NCBI GenBank assembly: GCA_031361905.1 | Contig: JANLRV010000030.1 | Coordinates: 1 to 46,975 of the forward strand | Length of the DNA: 46,975 bases | Reading direction: 5' to 3' | Source of the DNA: Actinomycetes bacterium | GTDB lineage: Bacteria; Actinomycetota; Thermoleophilia; Gaiellales; JALYLC01 | In this document: in pieces, positions 1 to 11,175 of the stretch | Layout: the number at the start of each line of letters is the position of its first letter | Numbering within the stretch: position 1 is the stretch's first letter | Notes under the pieces: generated by a model | Seen by the model: the letters and a program-made list of their open reading frames with translations, nothing else | Told to the model about the DNA's origin: nothing | Database searches by the model: none | Position numbers and translations under genes: made by a program

Positions 1-48
1 GCCGACGGAGTCCAGTCACTCACGAATCATTCTGTTAGAGCTTCCAAC

Positions 49-749
<701 letters not shown>

Positions 750-753
<4 letters not shown>

Positions 754-1541
754 TTCGTCACCGCCGAGCTCGTGCCGAGGTAGGCCTCGATCACGCGGGG
801 ATCGGTCGCGACCTGCTCGAAGGTGCCCTCGACGATCTTGATGCCGTGGTCGAGCGCGACCACGCGATCCGAGATGCCCTCGACGACGTGCATGTCGTGC
901 TCGATCACGAGGATCGTGTAGCCGCCCTCGCTGCGCAGCCGGCCGATCAGCTCGGCGATCTCGTGCGTCTCGACGGGGTTCATGCCGGCGGCCGGCTCGT
1001 CCAAGAGCAGGATCCTCGGGCGGGTCGCCATCGCGCGCGCGATCTCGAGCCGGCGACGGTTCGCGTAGGAGAGGCTGTAGGCGGGCTGATCCCAGCGGTA
1101 GCCCTTCAGCCGCTCGCCGAAGAACGACAGCTGCTCCTCTGCGAGCTTGCGGATCTCGGCCTCCTCCCGCCGCATGCCGGGCGTGCGCAGCATCGAGCGC
1201 ACCACGCCCGCCTTGCTGTGTCCGTAGGCCGCTGCCATCACGTTCTCGCGGACCGACATGTTGAGGAACAGCCTGAGCGTCTGGAACGTGCGCGCGATCC
1301 CGCGCTGGTTGATCTGGTGCGGCTGCAGCCCGAGCAGGCTGCGGCCGTCGAGCGTGATCTCGCCCGCGTCGGGCTGGTAGATGCCCGTGATCAGGTTGAA
1401 GAGCGTCGTCTTGCCGGCGCCGTTTGGCCCGATCACGCTGACGATCTCGCCCTGGTTGACGTGGAGGTCGAGCTCGGACACGCACTTGAGCCCGCCGAAG
1501 GCGAGCGAGACGCCGCGCAGCTCGAGCAGCTTCTCGCCCAT
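750..1541 (-). CDS. livG: Branched-chain amino acid ABC transporter ATP-binding protein (LivG family)
   Basis: MGEKLLELRG start; GPNGAGKT, IARTFQ, LSYANRRRLEIARA, LDEPAAGMN, IEHDM, VIEAYLG. Confidence 0.93.
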
Positions 1542-3007
1542 CAGATGATCTCCACGCGGCGCTCGCCGAAGATGCCGTTCGGGCGGACCACCATCAGCGC
1601 GATCAGCATCGCGCCGAGGACGATGTAGCGCGTCGGCTCGGGCTGGACGAGCAGCACGTTCTCCCACACGAAGGCAGCGAGATAGAGCGTCGGCACGAGC
1701 AGGATGTAGCGCAGCGGACCGCGGATCAGCGTGAGCGTCAGCCCGATTCCGATCAGCGAGATGTAGGCGACCGGCCCGAGCCAGTCTCCCAGCGTGGTCG
1801 GGACGATCACCCAGCTCGAGACCGTGCTCGCGAGCCCGCCTTCGGTCGTGCCGGCGACCCAGTCGTGCTGGATCGCGCCGGCGATCGCATGCGCGGCGAA
1901 TCCGAACGCGAGCGTTCCGGCGAGCACCGCGCCGAGCGCGCGCGAGCGGCCGAGCGCGGCGATCACGGCGAGCACGGCGAACGCGTAGAACAGCACGCGC
2001 GCATTGCTCGGGTCTCGCAGCAGCTCGAGCAGCACGCTGATCAGGATCGCTCCGATGGCGACGCCGAACTGGCTGCCCTGGCCTCCGAGGATCACCATCG
2101 TGTAGATCGTGATCAAGAGCGGGAACGAGAACGTGAGCGGGAACGTGCTCGCGTTCAGCGATGCGAAGAGCGTGCCCGTCAGCGCTGCGACGCCGGCTCC
2201 GAAGCTGAACGCCATTAGCTTGAGCATGCTCACCGGCATCCCCATGGTCTCGGCCGCCAGCGGATCCTCGCGCAGCGATCGCCACGCGCGCCCGGTTCGG
2301 GACACGTTGACGAAGTGGAGCGCGACGTAGACGATCGCGAAGATCGCGACCCCGACGTACAGGTACGAGACGGCGAAGACGCCGGCGTGCTCGACGGTCA
2401 GGTCGTGTCCGAGGAAGTTGAGCGGATCGACGTTGAGGATGCCATTCGCGCCGTTCGTGATGTTCTTGCCGAGAATCTCGTCGCCGTTGGTCGTGACGGT
2501 CAAGAAGATCTGCAGGAAGAACAGCGTCACGATCGCTAGGTAGTCGCCCACGAGCCGCCGCGACGGCAGCCCGACGAGGAACCCGGCGAGCGCGCCGATC
2601 AGCACGATCAGCGGGATCGAGACGATCGACGGGAGGTGGATCCCGAACAGCTTGGAATCGAGCAGCGCGTAGGCGTACGCCCCGACGCCGTAGAACGCGA
2701 CGTATCCGAGGTCGAGCAGCCCGCCCCAGCCGACGACGATGTTGAGCCCGAGGGCGAGCAGCATGTAGACGGTCGTGTCGAAGGCGACTCGACGCACGTA
2801 GCCGCTCGGTGAGACGATCGGCAGCAAGGCGAAGGCCGCCACGAGCAGGATCAGCCAGCCCCACCAGGGGACGGTCCGCAGGCGTGCCTCGATCGTTCCC
2901 AGGGCCCCGGCGCGGGCAGAGCGGTTGTCGCCGTGCCGTGCGACCCATTCGTCCTGGCCGATCGCAGGGCCGGAAGGCGCGTCGTGGGGCTCTCTCGGCT
3001 CGCTCAT
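1541..3007 (-). CDS. livM: Branched-chain amino acid ABC transporter permease (LivM family) with extra C-terminal TM segments
   Basis: LALGLNIVVGWGGLLDLGYVAFYGVGAY, GDYLAIVTL, SRTGRAWRSLREDPLAAETMG, RPNGIFG. Confidence 0.92.
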   Translation of the reverse strand: MSEPREPHDAPSGPAIGQDEWVARHGDNRSARAGALGTIEARLRTVPWWGWLILLVAAFALLPIVSPSGYVRRVAFDTTVYMLLALGLNIVVGWGGLLDLGYVAFYGVGAYAYALLDSKLFGIHLPSIVSIPLIVLIGALAGFLVGLPSRRLVGDYLAIVTLFFLQIFLTVTTNGDEILGKNITNGANGILNVDPLNFLGHDLTVEHAGVFAVSYLYVGVAIFAIVYVALHFVNVSRTGRAWRSLREDPLAAETMGMPVSMLKLMAFSFGAGVAALTGTLFASLNASTFPLTFSFPLLITIYTMVILGGQGSQFGVAIGAILISVLLELLRDPSNARVLFYAFAVLAVIAALGRSRALGAVLAGTLAFGFAAHAIAGAIQHDWVAGTTEGGLASTVSSWVIVPTTLGDWLGPVAYISLIGIGLTLTLIRGPLRYILLVPTLYLAAFVWENVLLVQPEPTRYIVLGAMLIALMVVRPNGIFGERRVEII

Positions 3008-3927
3008 ACCTTGCTGACCCCGGCCCGTCCGAGCAGCCCGTTCGGTCGGAACAGCATGAACGTGATCAGCACGGTGAAGATCGCGAGATCAGACCAGCGT
3101 GTCGTGATGTACCCGGTCGTGAAGGACTCGGCGAAGCCGAGGATCATGCCGCCGGCGACGGCGCCGGGAATCGAGCCGATCCCGCCGATCACGGCGGCGG
3201 TGAAGCCCTTCAGACCGATCACGAAGCCGATCGACGCAGCGGTCGGAACGCGCAGCGCGAACATCACGCCGCCGGCGCCGGCGAGCGCCGATCCGAGCAC
3301 GAAGGTGAACACGATCACGCGGTCGATGTCGATGCCCATCATCGCTGCCGCCTCGCGGTCGAATGAGACCGCGCGCATCGCCTTTCCCGTGCGCGTGCGC
3401 GTGACGAGGAACCAGAGCACGACCATCAGCGCGAACGCGGCGACGATCGTGATGATGCGGATCAGCGGTACGTGCACGTTGCCGATCGAGAAGCCCTTGG
3501 TGAAGAGCTCCCCGTTGCCGAGCGCGAACGTTCCGTAGTTGCGCTGGTCCGCGCCGAACATCAGCTGCATCGAGTTTGCCAGGAAGAACGAGACGCCGAG
3601 CGCGCTGATCAGCGGGGCGATCCGCGGTGCATCTCTCAGCGGCCGGTAGGCGAACCGCTCGATCGCGACTCCGAGGATCGCGCAGCCCGCCATGCCGGCG
3701 AGGACCATGAGGATCAGCAGGAGCCACACGGGAACCACCGGGTCGCTCGTTCCGCCGAGCGCTTGCAGCGTTCCGAAACCGATGAACGAGCCGACCATGA
3801 AGACGTCGCCGTGGGCGAAGTTGAGAAGCTTGAGCACGCCGTAGATCAGCGTGTAGCCGAGCGCAATCAGCGCATAGGTGCTGCCGGCCGTGAGGCCGTT
3901 CAGCGTGACTTGAACAAAGGTGTCCAT
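3004..3927 (-). CDS. livH: Branched-chain amino acid ABC transporter permease (LivH family)
   Basis: NGLTAGSTYALIALGYTLIYGVLKLLNFAHGD, TRTGKAMRAV, LKGFTAAVIGGIGSIPGA; ATG 3927 chosen, alternative GTG 3954. Confidence 0.92.
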   Translation of the reverse strand: MDTFVQVTLNGLTAGSTYALIALGYTLIYGVLKLLNFAHGDVFMVGSFIGFGTLQALGGTSDPVVPVWLLLILMVLAGMAGCAILGVAIERFAYRPLRDAPRIAPLISALGVSFFLANSMQLMFGADQRNYGTFALGNGELFTKGFSIGNVHVPLIRIITIVAAFALMVVLWFLVTRTRTGKAMRAVSFDREAAAMMGIDIDRVIVFTFVLGSALAGAGGVMFALRVPTAASIGFVIGLKGFTAAVIGGIGSIPGAVAGGMILGFAESFTTGYITTRWSDLAIFTVLITFMLFRPNGLLGRAGVSKV

Positions 3928-3994
3928 CTCATTCGACCGAGGGTGGCCCGCCACACGGGCGGGCCACCCTCGGATCTCGCTCAGATCAGCTCAG

Positions 3995-5200
3995 CTATCC
4001 GACGCGCTTGTACGAGCCGTCGGACTGGATCTCATAGAGGTAGAACTTGGTGACGTCCGGGTCCCTGGTGTTGACCTTCGACCAGTTGAACTTTCCGCCG
4101 AGGATCCACCCCGTGTTGATCGAGACCTTGCGGGTGGCCGCGATCACCGCCGAGCGCTTGGCGATCGAGCCCTTGCCGGCGACGCAGGCGGCCTTGATCG
4201 CCTGCAGCAGCACCTGGACGGCGCCGTAGGTCGGCGGGCCGAAGGAGCCTGCCGTCTTGCCGGGATTGGCCTTCTGCCAGCCTGCCACGATCGCCTTGCT
4301 GCTGGCGATGGTCGTCACGTCCGGGGCGAAGATCGAGGCGAACGAGCCGGGGGCCTTGAAGGAGCCCGGGCCGAAGCCTCCGTCGCCGACGAAGACCTTG
4401 GCCTTCTTCCCCTGCTCGACGAGCTGGCCTGCGAACGCCTGGGCGGCCGCGGGCGACTGGGTGGGGAAGAACACGATGTCGGCCGCGGTCGGCACCTTCG
4501 TCACGTACGCCGAGTAGTCCGTCACCGTGTTGGCGATGGACTGATGCGATGTCGTCACGCCGGCCTTCTGCAGCGTGCTCTCGACCTCTCCGCCGAGCCC
4601 CTGCGAGTACGGCTCCTGGAAGTCGATCACGACGACGTTCTTGACCTTGAGCGTGTCGATCATGTAGTTCGCGTCGGTCGGTCCCTGCAGATCGTCGGCC
4701 GGGACGACGCGGAAGAAGGCCTTCGTGGCCTCCTGGTTGTCGCCCTTGGTCAGCGTCGTGCGCGTCGCCGACGGTGAGATTTGCACGATGCCGGCCTGCG
4801 CGTACGTCTTGCTCGAAGCCGCGACTGCGCCTGAGGTCGACGGCCCGATCACGCCGACGACGGACTTGTCGGCGACGTACTTCTGCGCCAGCGTCTGGGC
4901 CGGGGCAGGTCCCTGCTCGACGGGCGTGTCACCGGGCACGAGCTTGATCTTCAGCCCGAGCTTCGCCGGCAGCGTGGCAACCGCGTACTTCGCCCACGTG
5001 AGCTGCTCCTGGCCCAGGAAGGCGGCGACGCCCGTGAGCGGCGTGACGAACCCGATCTTGAGGGTGCTCGAGCAGCTCAGCCCGGCCGAGGCCTTGGCGG
5101 GCGCAGCGGTGGCGGGCACGACGGTGATCGCCGCCATCCCGGCCAGCGCCGCGGCCGCGGCCACCGCGGTGACCCGCGGGTACGACATCGAGATTTTCAT
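3995..5200 (-). CDS. Branched-chain amino acid ABC transporter substrate-binding protein (LivK/LivJ family)
   Basis: AGGAG 5 nt before ATG 5200; Ala-rich signal peptide; LKIGFVTPLTG, VIGPSTSG, QISPSATRTTLT, FFRVVPADDLQG. Confidence 0.9.
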   Translation of the reverse strand: MKISMSYPRVTAVAAAAALAGMAAITVVPATAAPAKASAGLSCSSTLKIGFVTPLTGVAAFLGQEQLTWAKYAVATLPAKLGLKIKLVPGDTPVEQGPAPAQTLAQKYVADKSVVGVIGPSTSGAVAASSKTYAQAGIVQISPSATRTTLTKGDNQEATKAFFRVVPADDLQGPTDANYMIDTLKVKNVVVIDFQEPYSQGLGGEVESTLQKAGVTTSHQSIANTVTDYSAYVTKVPTAADIVFFPTQSPAAAQAFAGQLVEQGKKAKVFVGDGGFGPGSFKAPGSFASIFAPDVTTIASSKAIVAGWQKANPGKTAGSFGPPTYGAVQVLLQAIKAACVAGKGSIAKRSAVIAATRKVSINTGWILGGKFNWSKVNTRDPDVTKFYLYEIQSDGSYKRVG

Positions 5201-5301
5201 AGACACTCCTTGGTGGTAGGGCGGTTGGGGATACTACGGATCGAGCGATAGGACCGTCGGATGCCCGGATTAGTTGGCTCCGGGCCGGTCGCGAGAGAGC
5301 G

Positions 5302-5703
5302 TCACGGCACCGCGAGCGCGTCGACCCAGCCGCGCGTGTCGGTGAACTGGTGGAAGCGCACGGCCTTGCCGTCGCGGAACTTCCAGAGGTGGGCGAAGGG
5401 GATGTCGAGCGGGCGGCCGCTGGCCTTCGCCTTGCCGGTGTAGCGGCCGAGCACGACGACGTGGTCGTCGCCGCCGATGATCTCGGAGGGGGTCGCGTCG
5501 AAGTCGTCCCACCACTGGTCGTCGAGCGGATCGAAGACCGCGGCGCGCACGGCGGGAAGGCCGTCGTAGACGCCGCCGTGCGGCAGCCCCTGCGCCTGGT
5601 GCCAGACGATTCCGAGGTCCATCATCTCGAGCGCGCCGTCGAGATCGCCGCGCGAGAACGCCTCGTATGACCGCGTCACGGCTGCGAGGTTGCCGGTGCT
5701 CAC
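5302..5703 (-). CDS. SnoaL/NTF2-like protein
   Basis: GTG 5703 coupled to upstream TGA; YEAFSRGD, GLPHGGVYDG, VVVLGRYTG, FAHLWKFRDGK..F.QFTDT. Confidence 0.85.
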   Translation of the reverse strand: MSTGNLAAVTRSYEAFSRGDLDGALEMMDLGIVWHQAQGLPHGGVYDGLPAVRAAVFDPLDDQWWDDFDATPSEIIGGDDHVVVLGRYTGKAKASGRPLDIPFAHLWKFRDGKAVRFHQFTDTRGWVDALAVP

Positions 5704-6884
5704 GCGCTCGCCGCCATCGCTCGATCGACGAGCAGCTCGCGGTGGCTGCGAAGGCTTGCGAGCACGGCCTCGATGTCGGAGACGGTGTTGTAGGCGTGCG
5801 CGGAGATGCGCAGGTTGCCGTCGCGGCACGACGCGATCACGCCATCTGCGTCGAGCGCGGCGACGAGCGCGTGGTCGTCGGTCGAGCGGATCGCGACCAT
5901 CGCGCCACGCTGCGCGTGCGTGCGCGGCGTCACGACGATGCCGCCGAGCTCGTCGACGCCCTCCACGAGCAGGTCGTTCAGCGCCTGCACGTGCGCGCGC
6001 GTGGCCGGGATGCCGATCTCCTGCATCAGGCCGATGCCCGCGATGCCGGCGTAGAGGCTCGGGACGGGCGGCGTGCCCGACTGGAAGCGGCGCGCGTCGC
6101 TCGCGGGAGAGTAGTCATGGATGTCCATCGCGAACACGTCTGCGTCGGCGAACCAGCCGGTCTGCGTCGGCAGGAGCCGCTCGGCGAGCCCGTCGCGGCA
6201 GTAGAGGAATCCGAGACCGGCCGAGCCGAGCAGGTACTTGAGCACGCCGGTCGCGAGCAGGTCGACGCCGAGCTGATCGACGTCGATCGGCACGTGCCCG
6301 GCGGCCTGGTAGGAGTCGAGCAGCACGAGCGCGCCGCGCTCGTGGGCGAGCTTCGTGATCGCCTCGACGTCGAGAAGACTGCCGTTGCGATAGCACACCT
6401 GCGTGATTGAGACGAGCGCCGTGCGCTCGTCGATCGCCTGCGCGAAGGCCTCGAGCGGGATCGTCGCGCCGTCCTCCGCGGGCGGCACGTGCACGATCTC
6501 GGCGCCGCGCAGCTCCTGCGCGTGCCAGATCTGCCCGATCGTGGGGAACTCCAGGTCGGTCGTGACGATGCGCCGCCGCGCGGGGTCGAGCGGCAGCGCG
6601 CTCGCGATCGCCGAGACGCCGGCCGAGACCGAGGTGGTGACCGCGACCTCAGACGGCCGTGCGCCGACGAGGCCGGCGAACGCCGCCCGCGCCGTCTCCA
6701 TGCGCTCCATCCAGTACTCCCACGGCGCGCCGTACTCGTCCCAGTCACGCAGGTAGGCGTCGTAGGCGGCGCGGACCGAGTCGGAGAGCGCTCCCTGCGA
6801 GCAGGCGTTGACGTAGACCTTGCGCTCGAGCAGCGGGAAGCGGTGCCGGATGCGGTCCGGCAGGTCGTCGTTCGCGACGGCCAC
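5700..6884 (-). CDS. Class V PLP-dependent enzyme (kynureninase/cysteine desulfurase-like)
   Basis: YVNACSQG, DLEFPT, LLDSYQAAG, PLP lysine in GVLKYLLG, GWF, RFQSGTP, RISAHAYN. Confidence 0.85.
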   Translation of the reverse strand: MAVANDDLPDRIRHRFPLLERKVYVNACSQGALSDSVRAAYDAYLRDWDEYGAPWEYWMERMETARAAFAGLVGARPSEVAVTTSVSAGVSAIASALPLDPARRRIVTTDLEFPTIGQIWHAQELRGAEIVHVPPAEDGATIPLEAFAQAIDERTALVSITQVCYRNGSLLDVEAITKLAHERGALVLLDSYQAAGHVPIDVDQLGVDLLATGVLKYLLGSAGLGFLYCRDGLAERLLPTQTGWFADADVFAMDIHDYSPASDARRFQSGTPPVPSLYAGIAGIGLMQEIGIPATRAHVQALNDLLVEGVDELGGIVVTPRTHAQRGAMVAIRSTDDHALVAALDADGVIASCRDGNLRISAHAYNTVSDIEAVLASLRSHRELLVDRAMAASA

Positions 6885-6886
6885 GA

Positions 6887-7612
6887 TCAGCTCTCGCCCT
6901 CGGTGTACACGCGCGAGGCGGGATCGCCGGCGGGATGGAACACGCCGAGCACGCGCATGAAGCCGTCGCCCGTGTTCTCGACGCAGTGCAGGGTCAGCGG
7001 CGGCAGGTGGAAGCACGACCCCGCGCTGATTGGCCGCGACTGGTCGTCGAGGTGCAGCACGCCCTCGCCCGCGAGCACGTAGACGACCTCGTCGTAGGTG
7101 TGGTTGTGCTCGGGCGCGCGGCCCGGCGGGATCTCGCCGACGAACTGCGTGAAGCCGCAGCGCCCGCCGGTCTTCGGGTCGATCATGTAGCGGAAGGTGC
7201 GCCCTGCGGTGGCGGGCAGGAACTCCTGCTCGTCCAGACGGACGGTCGCCGGTGGCGCGCTCGCGCTCTCGGTGATGCCCGTGGGCGGCGGCGCGTCGAC
7301 CGCCACCACGACGAGATCGTCAGGGCCCGCCACGTCGATCTCGCCGACTGCGCCGGGCGCCAGGTAGACCCCGGTGTCGGGCTCGAGCGCGTGCTCGACA
7401 CCGTCGAGCGTGATCGATCCGCGACCCGACGAGACGTACAGGGAACGCTCCCTGCCGGCCTCGGCCTCGAGCGTCGAGCGACCCGGTGCGAACGCGATCA
7501 CGGCCTGCTTCAGCGCCGGGCAGCCGCAGCTCTCGTCGATCGCGACGCGCCATGCGGCCGCCCCCCGCTGCTCGGCGGCCACGTCGGCAGAGTGCACGAG
7601 GTAGCCGGGCAT
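6887..7612 (-). CDS. Bicupin-domain protein
   Basis: Second cupin has HNHTYDEVVYVL...H (LHCVEN) metal motif; first cupin lacks His ligands; coupled to both neighbours. Confidence 0.8.
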   Translation of the reverse strand: MPGYLVHSADVAAEQRGAAAWRVAIDESCGCPALKQAVIAFAPGRSTLEAEAGRERSLYVSSGRGSITLDGVEHALEPDTGVYLAPGAVGEIDVAGPDDLVVVAVDAPPPTGITESASAPPATVRLDEQEFLPATAGRTFRYMIDPKTGGRCGFTQFVGEIPPGRAPEHNHTYDEVVYVLAGEGVLHLDDQSRPISAGSCFHLPPLTLHCVENTGDGFMRVLGVFHPAGDPASRVYTEGES

Positions 7613-8079
7613 CAGTCGTCCAGGTGGCTCGCGGCGTCGAGCGTCTCCGCGGCGTGGCTCGCCATGTCCTTGGGCTCCCAGACCTGACGGATCGTGCGAT
7701 CGCGATCGACGAGGTACGTGACTCGGCGGGAGAGAATGCCGTCGTCGCCGGCGTCCTTGGCGATGCCGAGCGCGTCGATTAGCTTCCGCTCGGGGTCCGC
7801 GACGAGCGGGAACGCGAGCTCGTGGTCGTCGGCGAAGCAGCGGTGGCTCTCGTCGTCGTCCGCGCTGACGCCGACGAGCGTCACGCCGGCCTCGCGAAAC
7901 CTCGGCGCGAGCCGGTTGAACTCGACCGCCTGGAGCGTGCACGTCGAGGTGCCGTTGAGCGGGTAGAAGTAGATCACGGCCGGCCCGTCGAGCGCGGTCA
8001 GGTCGAGCACCTCGCCGCCCGTCGTCTTCAGCTGCTCGGCCGGGAAGGTCGAGCCGATCGATCCGGGTTGCTCCGTCAT
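7612..8079 (-). CDS. Peroxiredoxin, BCP/PrxQ type
   Basis: PxxxTxxC in YFYPLNGTSTCT, GVSAD, HRCF (possible resolving Cys), RRVTYLVD; GGAGG upstream of ATG 8079. Confidence 0.88.
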   Translation of the reverse strand: MTEQPGSIGSTFPAEQLKTTGGEVLDLTALDGPAVIYFYPLNGTSTCTLQAVEFNRLAPRFREAGVTLVGVSADDDESHRCFADDHELAFPLVADPERKLIDALGIAKDAGDDGILSRRVTYLVDRDRTIRQVWEPKDMASHAAETLDAASHLDD

Positions 8080-8151
8080 GCGTCCATCTCCTCCGTCATC
8101 GCGCGCAGATTCTTTCACATTTGATCAAACGAGTGCCAGCCGGTTCGAAGC

Positions 8152-9102
8152 TCAAGGCGTCTCGCCGCGCAGGCACGCGGCGAGCTTGTCGCTGTCGATG
8201 TTCCCGCCCGAGACGATGCAGACGACCTTGCGCCCCTCGCCGGCGCGGCCCGAGAGGGCGGCGGCCAGCGCGAGGGCGCCGGCGCCCTCCGAGACGACGC
8301 GGGCGCGCTCGGCGAGCAGGCGCACGGCCTGCGCGGTCTCGGCGACCGAGACGGTCACGGCGCCGTCGATGATCCCGCGCACCGTCGGCCACATCGACTC
8401 GAGCACGCCGCGCGAGCCAGACCCGTCGACGAACGAGGGGGTGTACTCGACGGTCACGGGCCGGCCGGCGGCGAGCGCGCCGTTCAGCCCGGCGCCGGTC
8501 TCGGGCTCGACGGCGATCACGCGCGTCTCGGGCCGGCGGGCCTTGAGCACGCTGCCGATCCCCGAGACGAGCCCCCCGCCGCCGTAGGGCACCAACACGA
8601 GGTCGGGATCGGGAAGGTCCTCGAGCAGCTCGAGGCCGATCGTGCCGTTCCCGGCCATCACCGCCGGATCCTGCACGGGGTGGATGAAGGGGCCGGGTGC
8701 GAGGTCGGTGCGGCACTCGACGATCGTCTGCCACCACCGGTCGTAGGGCACGCGGATCACGCGACCGCCGAGCCGGGCGATCGCCGCGAGCTTCGTCTCG
8801 GGCGCGTGGTCGGGCACGATCACGGTGCAGGGCACTCCGCGCTCGCGCGCCGCCCAGGCGACGCCCTGCGCCATGTTGCCCGCGCTTGCCGTGACGACGC
8901 CGTCGGCCAGCTCGGCGTCTGAGAGCAGCGCGATCGCGTTGCCCGCGCCACGCAGCTTGAACGAGGCGATCGGCTGCAGGCACTCGAGCTTGAGGTAGAG
9001 CTCGAGCGGCGACTCGGGCAGGTGCAGGCGCACGAGCGGCGTGCGCACGGCGGTGCCCCTGATGCGCTCGCGCGCCGCCTCGATCTCGGCGAGCGGGATC
9101 AC
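8152..9102 (-). CDS. PLP-dependent Ser/Thr dehydratase family (fold type II, no regulatory domain)
   Basis: LKLECLQPIASFKLRGA, SAGNMAQG, PYGGGGL, EGAGA, VSGGN. Confidence 0.9.
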   Translation of the reverse strand: MIPLAEIEAARERIRGTAVRTPLVRLHLPESPLELYLKLECLQPIASFKLRGAGNAIALLSDAELADGVVTASAGNMAQGVAWAARERGVPCTVIVPDHAPETKLAAIARLGGRVIRVPYDRWWQTIVECRTDLAPGPFIHPVQDPAVMAGNGTIGLELLEDLPDPDLVLVPYGGGGLVSGIGSVLKARRPETRVIAVEPETGAGLNGALAAGRPVTVEYTPSFVDGSGSRGVLESMWPTVRGIIDGAVTVSVAETAQAVRLLAERARVVSEGAGALALAAALSGRAGEGRKVVCIVSGGNIDSDKLAACLRGETP

Positions 9103-10079
9103 CAGGCCACCACGGTGCCGCGTCCGGCGGCCTCGGCGTTGCGCACCGCGAGCTCGGTGGCGGCGAGGTCCTCGACGGCGATTCCGAGCGATTTGAAGAC
9201 GGTGATCTCGCGGTCGTCCCGCCGACCCTCGGCCTGGCCGGCCAGGACATCGCCGAGCTCGGCGCGGATGCTCTCGGGCGTGACGGCGCCGTCTACCTGC
9301 GCGAAGAGGAAGTCTCCCGACTCGTTGAGCGTGGACTCGCGCCGGTCGACGAACAGGGCGGCATCGCGCATCGTCGCGGAGTCGAGCTCGCGCGTAGTCG
9401 GGATCGACGAGCCCACGGCGTTTAGGTGCGTGCCCTCGCGCAGCCATCCGCGCTCGATGATCGGCTCGCGCGCCGAGGTCGTCGTGCAGATCACGTCGGC
9501 CTCGGCGACGGCCGCGCGGAGGCTCTCGGCGATCTCGATCGGGGCGCCGAGGCTCGTGCCGTAGCGCTCGGCGAGCGCGCGTGCCTGCTCGGGCCGCCGT
9601 GCCCACAGCACGATGCGCTCCGGCCGCATGCCGACGGCCAGCGCGTCGAGATGCGTGATCGCCTGGGTGCCGGCGCCGATCACCGCCAGCGCGCGCGCGT
9701 CGGCGCGTGCGAGCGCCTTCGTCGCGACGGCGCTGACCGCTGCGGTGCGGATGCCCGTGATCGCCGAGGCGTCGACCACGGCGATCAGCTCGCCGGTGTC
9801 GCCGGTCGAGAGCAGCACCACGCCCTGGTGCGCATCGAGCCCGCGGGTCGGGTTGTCGGGCATCACGCAGACGGCCTTGAGAGAGTAGAGCGGGCTCGCG
9901 CCGCTTCGGTGCGCGGGCATCAGTCCCATCAGACCGGTCGCGTTCGGCGGCCGCACGACCGAGCGCAGCGGGTTGTGCAGCTCGCCGCGCGCGAGCGCCG
10001 CGAGCACGTCCTCCATCGCCGCGGCGCACTCGGCGGGGGTGAGCGACGCGACGACGTCGTCGTGGGTGAGGATGCGCAT
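9099..10079 (-). CDS. Ornithine cyclodeaminase / mu-crystallin family protein
   Basis: GLMPA, ITGIRTAAVS, IGAGTQA, HLNAVGS, VFKSLGIAVEDL. Confidence 0.92.
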   Translation of the reverse strand: MRILTHDDVVASLTPAECAAAMEDVLAALARGELHNPLRSVVRPPNATGLMGLMPAHRSGASPLYSLKAVCVMPDNPTRGLDAHQGVVLLSTGDTGELIAVVDASAITGIRTAAVSAVATKALARADARALAVIGAGTQAITHLDALAVGMRPERIVLWARRPEQARALAERYGTSLGAPIEIAESLRAAVAEADVICTTTSAREPIIERGWLREGTHLNAVGSSIPTTRELDSATMRDAALFVDRRESTLNESGDFLFAQVDGAVTPESIRAELGDVLAGQAEGRRDDREITVFKSLGIAVEDLAATELAVRNAEAAGRGTVVAW

Positions 10080-11068
10080 CAGCGGAGCTCCGGGTCGAAG
10101 GCGGCGGCGAGCGAGGCGCGCTCGGTGGCAGCGAGCGTGATGCCCAGGGCCTCGTCGACCGGTGTCAGGTGGTCGGGGCGGCGCGGTCCGACCACGGCGA
10201 ACGGGATCAGCGGGTGCTCGATCGTCCAGGCCAGCGCGAGGCCGGCCATGCTCACGCGGCGCTCGGCGGCCGCGGCCTCGAGCGCCGCGAGGCCCCGCCA
10301 TGTGCTCTCGCGATCGAGGTGCGCGTAGGGCTCGGGTCGCAGGGTCATGCGCGAGCCGGCCGGGGCCGGTGCGCCGCGCCGGTACTTGCCCGTGAGCCAG
10401 CCGCCGGCGAGCGGCGAGAACGGCGTGAACGAGAGGCCCCGGTCCTCGCAGAGCGGCAGCACCTCGCTCTCGGCGCTGCGATCGAGCAGGGAGTAGGACG
10501 ACTGCACCCAGCCGAAGCTCGCGAGGCCGCTGCGGTCGGAGACCCAGAGCGCCCGGCAGAGGCGCCAGGCCTCGATGTTGCTGGCGCCGATGTAGTGCAG
10601 CTTGCCGGCACGCCGCAGGTCGGTGAGCGCCGCGAGCGTCTCCTCGAGCGGGGTCAGCGGGTCGGGCTCGTGGATCAGGAAGAGATCGAGGCGCTCGGCG
10701 CCGAGCCGCGTCAGGCTGGCCTCGACCTGCCGCACGAGGTGACGGCGCGAGAGGCCGCGGTCGTTCGGCCCGGGCCCGACGGGGTTGAACGCCTTCGTCG
10801 AGAGCAGCACCTGGTCGCGCACGGCCGAGCCGCGCAGCGCGAGCCAGCGGCCGATCGAGGCCTCGCTGCGGCCCCCACCGTAGGCGTCGGCGGTGTCGAA
10901 CAGCGTGATCCCGCGCTCGTAGGCTGCGTCCATCAGGGCGAAGGCCGCGTCGTCGTCCTCGCCCTGGCCGAAGAAGCGGGGATCCGAGCCGATCCCTCCG
11001 AAGTTGCCGCAGCCGAGCGCGATGCGAGGAACCATGAGGCCGGTCGAGCCGAGGCGGCGATGCTCCAT
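10079..11068 (-). CDS. Aldo/keto reductase
   Basis: FDTADAYGGGRSE, STK, LDLFLIHEPD, IGASN, FSPLAGGWLTGKY; TAGGAT 6 nt before ATG suggests a leaderless transcript. Confidence 0.93.
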   Translation of the reverse strand: MEHRRLGSTGLMVPRIALGCGNFGGIGSDPRFFGQGEDDDAAFALMDAAYERGITLFDTADAYGGGRSEASIGRWLALRGSAVRDQVLLSTKAFNPVGPGPNDRGLSRRHLVRQVEASLTRLGAERLDLFLIHEPDPLTPLEETLAALTDLRRAGKLHYIGASNIEAWRLCRALWVSDRSGLASFGWVQSSYSLLDRSAESEVLPLCEDRGLSFTPFSPLAGGWLTGKYRRGAPAPAGSRMTLRPEPYAHLDRESTWRGLAALEAAAAERRVSMAGLALAWTIEHPLIPFAVVGPRRPDHLTPVDEALGITLAATERASLAAAFDPELR

Positions 11069-11175
11069 GCGGGGATCCTACCGCCTCAATTTGACATTTG
11101 ACACAGCCACGGCCGGGCCGCGCTGCGCAGCCCGCTCCCGCGGCAACGCCCGGCTCGACCCGGCATGATCCGGGC